DNA from: the human T2T-CHM13v2.0 reference genome, Homo sapiens
NCBI RefSeq assembly: GCF_009914755.1
Contig: NC_060934.1
DNA length: 64,000 bases
Strand: one strand, 5' to 3'
In this document: positions 55,475 through 64,000 of the stretch, one piece after another
Numbering within the stretch: the stretch's first letter is position 1
Layout: every line of letters starts with the position of its first letter
Translations under genes and position numbers: made by a program
Notes under the pieces: model-generated
The model's input: only the letters and a program-made list of their open reading frames with translations
What the model was told of the DNA's origin: nothing
Database searches by the model: none

Positions 55475-57396
55475 CTAAGCAATGTGCTCACAGACTGCAC
55501 CATTCCACGCTGGCGTGACTGAGACGCCCTCTGTGGAAGAGGCTCATCCTGCCCCAGAAAGTCCAGGGCTGCCTCTAATGTGCTTCCTCAGGCAAAAGTC
55601 CAGGGACAAATTCTGAACATCCTCTTTAAGAAGGACTCTGGGACTCCCGCTTACAGAGAGATGAAGTAGTCTACTTTTCCCTGTTCATGCCACTGAGTAC
55701 AAGCAGAAGCCTGCACTTATTGTATTACAGACAGAAGGAAAGCAGCGAGAAGAAGGCAGGTGACCTGCAGGCTTTGGGACCTGGGGAGCAACACGGACGT
55801 ACATTCCCTGTGCTTTCTTTCTGCCTCACACCTCCCAGATGGGGAACTGGAGAAGCCAGCAACCTGGAAGTGCCAGCAGGACAGAAAACAACTCCTCAGC
55901 CGGAGCTTGCTCTTTTGCACCAAAGGATCAGGAAAAAGCAGCTGACCAAGACCCAGGAACCACCTCGATCCTTCCTATGCAGGGTCAGGTGAGGGGTCCA
56001 CCCTTCACCCTTACCAGGCTGCTGCGAGGCACCCCAGCCTCCCACTGTGATGGTGTCAGAGAAGACTAAGCTGAGACCGGGGACTTTCGTCTCCGGCAGA
56101 TATAGGTAATATCGCCTTCCTCACCCAGGAGTGCTGTCAGGGGAGACCATGGCTGGACTTCCACCACCCTCCCCAGCAGCAGGAGGGTGACACTCCCTGC
56201 CCTCCAGCACTGCGTAGTATCCGTGGAGGACTAATGGAGAATAAAGACTTTTGCTGTTGCCCGGAGATGACCAGGCCACCCCCATGTCCTGTATTGTCTG
56301 TGGAGGTCACATGCGGCCAGTAAGGAGGAATGTCCTGCCTCTCCCAGGCATCGGGGTATCAATGGGCACCCCAATGAGGAGCCAGGATTGCTATCCTCAC
56401 CTATGCTGTAATAAAGGCCCCCCTGTGTGTATTGATGGAGCTCAAGTGGAAAGATGGATTATACCCTCACTGAACAGTACCAAAGTGTCTTCTCCTTCAC
56501 CTGCTGGAGGGATGCCAGCTAAAATCAGCCAAAACAGAAGATTCAGATTATACACAGAATCTCATAATACCCCCGAATGACCAGATTGCAATAGAAAAAT
56601 CACTCATAGGAGGAAAGCAGAATATTTCAAAGCAAATTAAAACACAAAATCAGTAGATGTTGAAATTGAGATGACAGTGATGTTAGAATTATCTGACAAA
56701 GATTTTAAGTCAGCCATCACTCATAAATGTGTTTCCATTTATGCAATTGTGGACAGATTTAAGCAAATGAAAAAAAAAAAAAAAAAAAAAAACAACCCAG
56801 AAAGTTGCAGGAAATAAATGGCAGATTTATAGAGGAAACAAAAAGAAATGTTAGGGCTAAAACATACAATAACAAAATGAAACACTAAACTACAGAATGG
56901 GGGGCAGAGGGAATCATCAGATGATACTGCACCTGGAAGACTGTTTGCCACTTGAATATAGAACAATAAAATTAGCCAATTTAAATAATAGTCAGAAAAT
57001 AGACCAAAAATATGAACAGAGCTTCAGGGATGTAGAACAATAAAATTACTCAATCTAAATTATAGTCAGAAAATACACACACACACACACACAAAATGAA
57101 CAGAGCTTCAGGGCCTGTAGGACAATAAGAAAAGTTCTACCATTTGTGTCAACAGTCCTGGAAGAGAAGAAGGGAGAGGGTGAGTGGGGAAAGTACACAA
57201 AGAAAGAGTGTCTGAACACTTCCCAAATTTGGCAAAGGACAAAACTATAGACTCAAGAAGCTGAGCGAATCTTAAACGGGATAAATGGAAAGAAATCCAC
57301 ATTAAGACACATCATAGTTAAACTTATGAAAAGCACATATCATAGTAAATGTGTAAAGACTAGAGACAACAAAAATATTTTAAAAGCAGCAAGAGA

Positions 57397-57532
57397 GCCA
57401 GACACGGTGGCTCACACCTGTAATCCCAGCATTCTGAGAGGCAGAGGCAGGTGGATCACCTGAGGTCAGGAGTTCAAGACCAGCCTGGCCAACACGGTAA
57501 AACCCCATCTCTACTAAAAATACAAAAATTAG
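57397..57532 (+). mobile_element. Alu left monomer only (truncated at the central A-rich linker)
   Basis: gccagacacggtggctcacacctgtaatcc...ctactaaaaatacaaaaattagc, then L1 sequence resumes. Confidence 0.9.
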
Positions 57533-58114
57533 CAGAGTCTTCATCAGAAGCCATAAGGCCCTAAGGAAATGGTTGGACAGTTTTCAAGCACTGAATGGAA
57601 AGAAACATCAACCCAGCATCCTATACCCAGCAAAATATATCCTTCAGGAATGAAGAGAAAATTAGAGCGTTCGAAGATGATAGAAAACTAAGAGAAAGTA
57701 TTGCCAATAGATTCCTTCAAAATAATGGCTAAAGGAATGGTTAAAACCTTCAAAATAATGGTTAAAGACAAACAGTAAGCAATAGAAGAAGGAACCTTGG
57801 GACACTAGGAAAGAAGATAGTGTGGTCAGCAAGAACAAAGCAAATACAATAGACTGCTCAGCAGCTTCTTAAACAAAACATAACTACACATTTAATTGCT
57901 GTATGATACAGTGCACCCTCGGACATTCATCCCAGAGAGGTGAAAATTATGTTCACATAAAACCCTGTACATGAATAGCCACAATAACTTCACTAGTAAT
58001 GGCCCTCAACTGAAACCACTCAAATGTCCTTCAATGGATGTGTGGTTAAACTCACCGTGGTAAATCCATATCATGGAATACTATGCAGCAATGCAAAGGA
58101 ATAAATTTGTGTGA

Positions 58115-58417
58115 TTTTTTTTTTTTTTGAGATGAGGTCTTGCTCTGTCATCCAGGCTGGAGTGCAGTGGCACAACCATATCTCACGGTAACCTTGAACT
58201 CCTGGGCTCAAGGGGTCCTCCTGCTTCAGCCTGCCAAATATCTAGGAGTAGGGCAATGTGTGCCACCATGCCCAGCTAATTTTTTAAAACAATGTTTCAT
58301 ACAGACAGGGTCTCGCTATGTTACCCAGGCTGTTCTCAAAGTCTTGGCCTCAATGGATCCTCCCACCTCAGCTTCCCACTGTGCTGAGATTCTAGACATA
58401 AGCTATGGCACTTGGCC
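58115..58417 (-). mobile_element. AluJ element
   Basis: Diverged antisense Alu (gaactcctgggctcaag); TSD aggaataaatt / aggaaaaaatt. Confidence 0.9.
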
Positions 58418-59048
58418 CAGGAAAAAATTATTGATACATACAACGACCTCAATGGATCTTCAGGGAATAATGCTCAGGGGAAAAAAAGCCAGTCCCCAGA
58501 GGCTACATATGGTATGATTCCACTTATACTTAAAATGCTAAAATTCTAGGTTATTGATTGCCAGGGGCTGAGGAGGGGTGGGAATGAGCGGATGGGCCTG
58601 GCTGCATCACAGTGTCTGGAGCTGCATCCTGTGGAGATGAAACTCTTCTGTGTCTCGGCTCCATCAACATCCATGTCCTGGTTGTGATCCATATTACAGT
58701 TTTGTAAGATGTTACCATTGAGAGAAACAGGGTAATGAACACACAGGACCTCTCAGTATTATATCTTAAAATTGCGTGTGAATCTACAACCATCCCAAAA
58801 TAAAAGATTTTGTTAAAATTTCAAAAATAGAAGAAAAAAGAAAAGAAATCTGCAGATACCCAGAAACTCTGCAAGCTCCTGTGATGGTCAGTTTGCTGAG
58901 ATGGCATCATACTGAAGTGTGTGTTTCTAAGCTGTTGATTTCTGGCAGGGTGTCAGTGAGAAGAACTTATCAGTGATGCCCTTACTGACATAAGAACAAA
59001 GAAAACAACTGGACCCATGCTGAACTCAGAGAACTCTCTAGCTCCTAG

Positions 59049-59598
<550 letters not shown>

Positions 59599-61289
59599 CT
59601 CACGCGCATTTTCTTGTGTGCATTACGAAAGTTGTTTTTCGGTTTTCTTGTCCCAAATCAGATTTGTGTCAATTATTTCACAAGATATGGGAATCAAATT
59701 TCACCCGAGAAAATGAAAGCAAAATGATGGCCTACAAAATGTAGTCATTTGTCTTTATTAAAGATATTCATGCCTATTGCAATAAAGCACAATTTTATGC
59801 ATGTTGCTATGAGTATGACTAGGTAGATTCTCATTTTTCTCACAATCTCTGAGGTCCATTATAAAAAAAAAAAAGTGAAGAACCACTGCACTTCTAGCGT
59901 TTTATAACTTTTATTATCAAAATTTCCAAAAGGAAGTATTTGCAGAGCACATTTTAGACTATCTAAATACTATGCACTTTGAAACAAAAGATGACAAAGT
60001 TGCCGCTGTCCTCAGAGAACGAAGGAGTGATGCACTGGGTTTGGAGTGAATTTATGCAAGAGGCCCAGGAGTCCTTGATTAAAAGTGCCGCTCAGCCAGC
60101 ACTGCCCTAAGTACTCATCACCTTTCCTAGTGAGCGTGTTCAGCTCTTCAAGACTGACACCAGACTCTACTTAAAAATGGCTCGCTATAAAATATCAAAA
60201 ATGGAAAGCTTTAACTCTGGTAATAATTTCCCTTTCTCGGGTGTGAGGTAAGGACCTAGGCTCCCTCAGCTGTAAAATCAGGGGCCAGCTGAGTGATTAC
60301 CAAGGTCTCCCGGTGCTAATGCTCCTCCCCATTACCTGTCTCAGAATGGGCTGCCAAGCTCCCGCTGGCTCATTGAGCAGGCTGGAGTCAGGCTCTCTGA
60401 CTGTGACTGGGTAACTCTTCCTCTGCGTTAGGAGGGCTGAGAAGTGAACCGTGGCTAGGCCGGGCTCCATTTCAGAACACGTAGCTGCACCATTTCCTGA
60501 GCGTCGGAGTTTAAGGCGTAAGAAGATGGACAGGCAGAGAGATATGGAGGTCGCCACTGCCACGGGTCAGCACACCACCTGTCCCAGCAGCTACTGATAA
60601 GCACTATGCTCTCAGAGGGACAAGGATCAGACTCCCACTTCTCATCCAAAGGGCCCCTTCATAGAAGCCCCTGAGACTCCCCACTTCCCCCTGCCCATCC
60701 CTACACAGGTATCCTGTTTCTCCCAGACGCAGCACCCAGCCTGGACCATCTGACATCCCATCCTCCTCCTGCAGAGCTGGAGAGCAGCCTGGGACACCCT
60801 TTCAGAGTAGAGAGGAAGGAAGGTGGCAGCTGGGAGTACAAGCATTCCTTAGGAAAGGAGAAACAGCAGGCACGCTTGACATACAGCTGCAAAGCCCCCA
60901 CCCCCACTTGCCATCATGATCCCAGGGCACGCCAGATACCTTCTTCTCCATCTCGGAGGCCTCTGTCTGAGCCTTGTGCTCCCACCCTGCATGTCGTGAA
61001 GCAACTCACTTCCCTGCCCATGTGGCCTCCTCGGCCTGGAACTCCTTGGCCTTCTTTCTGTCCACCTGTAAAACTCCTATGTGTACCTTGAAGCCCAGTT
61101 CAAACACCACCTTACTTAGAAAGCTTTCCCAGGTTACCCCCTGAGACTGCCCATGTCCCCTTTGCCACTTTCAGGGCATTCCACTCACATCCTTGCTACC
61201 TCAAAGAGCATCCCTGAAGGCAAATACCTGTGAATAAACCTGACTCTGGCTCTGGACTCAGCAGTCATCAGGGAGGGGTTCCAAGGAAG

Positions 61290-61565
61290 GGCTTCCCGGA
61301 GAGGGTCTTTAGGTGAGAGACTCCAGGTGAAGGTCTCAAAGTGAAGGCCTCCAGGTGAGAGCCTCTGGATGAGGGCTTCCAGGTCAGGGTATCCAGGTGA
61401 GAATCTCCAGGTGAGGGTCTCTAGGTGAGAGCCTCCAGGTGAGGGCTTCCAGGTGAGGGTCTCCAGGTGACAGTCTCCAGTTGAGGGTCTCCAGGTGAAG
61501 GTCTCCAAGTGAGGGCCTCCAGGTGAGGGTCTCCAGGTGAGGGCCTCCAGGGTGAGAGACTCCAG
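61290..61565. repeat. 14-bp minisatellite (gagggtctccaggt), ~19 units
   Basis: Directly visible. Confidence 0.93.
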
Positions 61566-63039
61566 TAGCTGGTGTCTGGACCCCAGGCAGGAGCTTTTGG
61601 GGTGTTCTCTGAAGGAAGGAAGGCCACTGTCCAGATCCCTGGAGCCAGACAGCACTACTGTGGCCAGCCGAGGCTGTCCCCTGGGGCTGGGGTCTGATTC
61701 TTCGCTGTCAGTGGATGTTCAGGGATGAGGCATCCTGTGTGAAGCATGCAAGGTCCTGTGAGCCTGAGCCTGCTCATGGGTCTAAACAGGGGCACAGTTC
61801 CCTGCCTCCCAGGTCCATGGTACAAACCACAGCCGTGGAAGCCCTGACTCCTGTGCCCAGCCCCAGTGCCCTCCTTCTTCCTGCTGAGACAGGGTCAAGG
61901 GCCACGGCAAGTCCCCGAGGCATCCCAGGCAGAGGAGGGGCACGGAGGCCCAGCAGAAGGGTTTCAGAAGAGGGGCAGACCCAGGGGCTCAGCTCCAATC
62001 TCCCACCACGGCAGCCCCAGCTCCCACAAGCCTGGGCCTCCTCGCAGGGCTCAGGGACTTAGTGGCAAGAGCTGGCCCTTCAGGAGATGGCACTCAAGGC
62101 CCTTCTGCAAGAGGCACCTTTCTCTAGGTGTAACACAGGGGCCGCCAGACCCAAAGACCCCTCACTCTGTGCAGGACAGACTTTGCAACCAGGGCCCATC
62201 ATCCCTCATGCAAGGCACGTGTTGCAGGCAGAACTGGATGTACAGACTTGGTGGGCACAGGATGGCCTCATTTTGTTCTCTCTGGAATCACAAGGCCACC
62301 AGCTGGTATCCTAGCAGTAGCATTTTGGAGGTTACAAAACAGTTTCCTATTTATTACCTGAATTAATCTTTGTGGTAATTCTATCCATTTTAATTCACAG
62401 GCAGAAAATGAGATTCTAGGCCATCGTCCTCCCCACCCCAACTTCGAGCCCTAGGTCAGGATCTACCCTGGGGCCTCTGCTCCTTGCTGGCTTCTGCTCA
62501 ACCTCCTGTCCTCCTCTCAGGCTCTCATCATCCTGCCAGATGGATCTACTCAGGGGAGCATGTGGCCACTGCTCCTCTGAAGGCACCTGGGCACCACCAG
62601 GCTCTTTGGAAAGCACAGCCCAAGACTAGCAGAGAGACACAGTGGCAGCCCCAGAGGGACAGCAGTGAGTCCTTCTTTCCCTCCAAAACTGCCCCTTCCA
62701 GACCCTCCACCAGCTGAATCTTGCCCAGGGGTAGATACTTCATTTCTAAGGAAGAAACTAAAACAAAACGGTGATTCCATCATTAGCATAAAATAAACAG
62801 AATAACAATAAACCATGAAAGAAAAACATAGACTGAAAGAAGCAAAGATCTATACCTGTGTAAGGATGTATAACGAGATGTTCCTTTAATCAATAGGAGG
62901 CAGAATGGAAATCTTTGATTTTTGCAGAGGCTGCTAAAGGCTGCGGTTCTGGTGGACATGATTTACGCCACGGTGCTGGGGTCTTGAAGTTCTAGCTTGC
63001 AGATCCCCACTTTACCTCTTTATTTTAAAGAACTCTTAT

Positions 63040-64000
63040 TGGTTTCTTTGTCATTACTCTTATTTTTGGAAAGTGATACATACTCATGTGAAAGTATGAA
63101 GAAGAAACATTTTTTAAAGACCTATAATGCCGTAATCCAGGGGTAAGCACTGTTAAATCCATCTGCATTTTCTTCTAGTCTTATGCACATATATTTACAT
63201 AATTGAGATTACACTGCATGTGCAATTTTATATCCTGACTTTTTTCACTTAATATTGTGCTGTAAAATGTTCTACAAGTCGTTGACGATTTTAGAGAAGC
63301 ATTTTAATGGCCATGGAATTATCTATTGTATGATACAGCACACTTTAATTATTTCCCTAGTGTTGGACATAAGATTTTTGCATTTTTTCACGATTATGGG
63401 TAATATTCTGATGAGCACCTTTGCAAAGAAGACTTTGATGGTTGATACGGCTGTTTCCTTAGAAGAGATACAAAGAAACATAACGGTGGAATCTAATTAT
63501 GCAAGTCAAGAGAGTTTGAGGCAATTAACCCTCCGCAAGTAGCAGGCGCTTTGCCTCCCTTCTCCCTAATGGGTAATGGCTATTATCATTACTTTACAGT
63601 CTTCTAATTTAATAAGTAGCAAGTATCTTACTATCATGATAAAGTTTCTCTTCCTAATTACCAGAAAATTTGAATAATTTTTATGTTTGTCAATAATCTC
63701 TTTGTAAATAACCTACTCATTTCCTTCAGTTCCTTTTCTGTTAAGAAAAACAAAATGCTTTTAATTTATTGATTTCTCTTGAGTTTTTGTCACTTAGGAA
63801 ATTAATCCTTATTTAGCCAATTAATGCTTTTATTTGGAATATTCATTTAAGTCTTTTTTCCTAAGCCTGGCCCCTGGGTTGTAAATCTTTTAATATGTTT
63901 TGGAAGTGATATTTTAAGGATCCACTTAATTATATCCAGAAGATAATAATTTTCCTGTGATCTATTTTATTGTTCATGTACTTCAAAGAAATAAACAAAC
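63040..64000 (-). mobile_element. Highly decayed L1M (L1ME-like) fragment
   Basis: T-rich antisense L1 phrases (gttggacataagattttgcattttttc, tatcttactat...tttctcttcctaatta). Confidence 0.55.

Larger units (their letters stand above)
55640..58815 (+). mobile_element. L1MC-type element: 5' region plus ORF1 remnant joined to 3' end, most of ORF2 missing
   Basis: ORF1-like text (cccaaatttgg...caagaagctgagcgaa...agacacatcatagttaaact; atatccttcaggaatgaag) followed closely by L1MC-like 3'UTR (tgtaagatgttaccattg...gtgtgaatctacaa...aaaataaaa). Confidence 0.75.

Overview
Primate genomic DNA, almost certainly human (a near-consensus AluYa5 is present). It is not prokaryotic: no CRISPR array, rRNA, tRNA or recognisable protein-coding exon was found, so the window looks intronic or intergenic. 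It contains Alus, old L1 fragments, MaLR/ERVL/ERV1 solo LTRs (MLT1, MLT2A, MST, LTR10, LTR8, an internally deleted LTR7, MER21, MER4), a full-length Tigger1 and many GC-rich minisatellites, which suggests a distal or subtelomeric band. The dominant feature is a ~6.6 kb G-rich 24-bp VNTR (35472-42085). Its unit combines a GATA site, a CACCC/KLF box, a 5' splice-site-like heptamer and G4-forming runs, and the array shows ~2.1-2.3 kb higher-order structure. The long ORFs in the track, including the 2014-aa one, are explained by stop-codon-free repeats. Repeat family names come from recalled consensus sequences, not a database search. I could not demonstrate a new biological system; the best leads are given as hypotheses.
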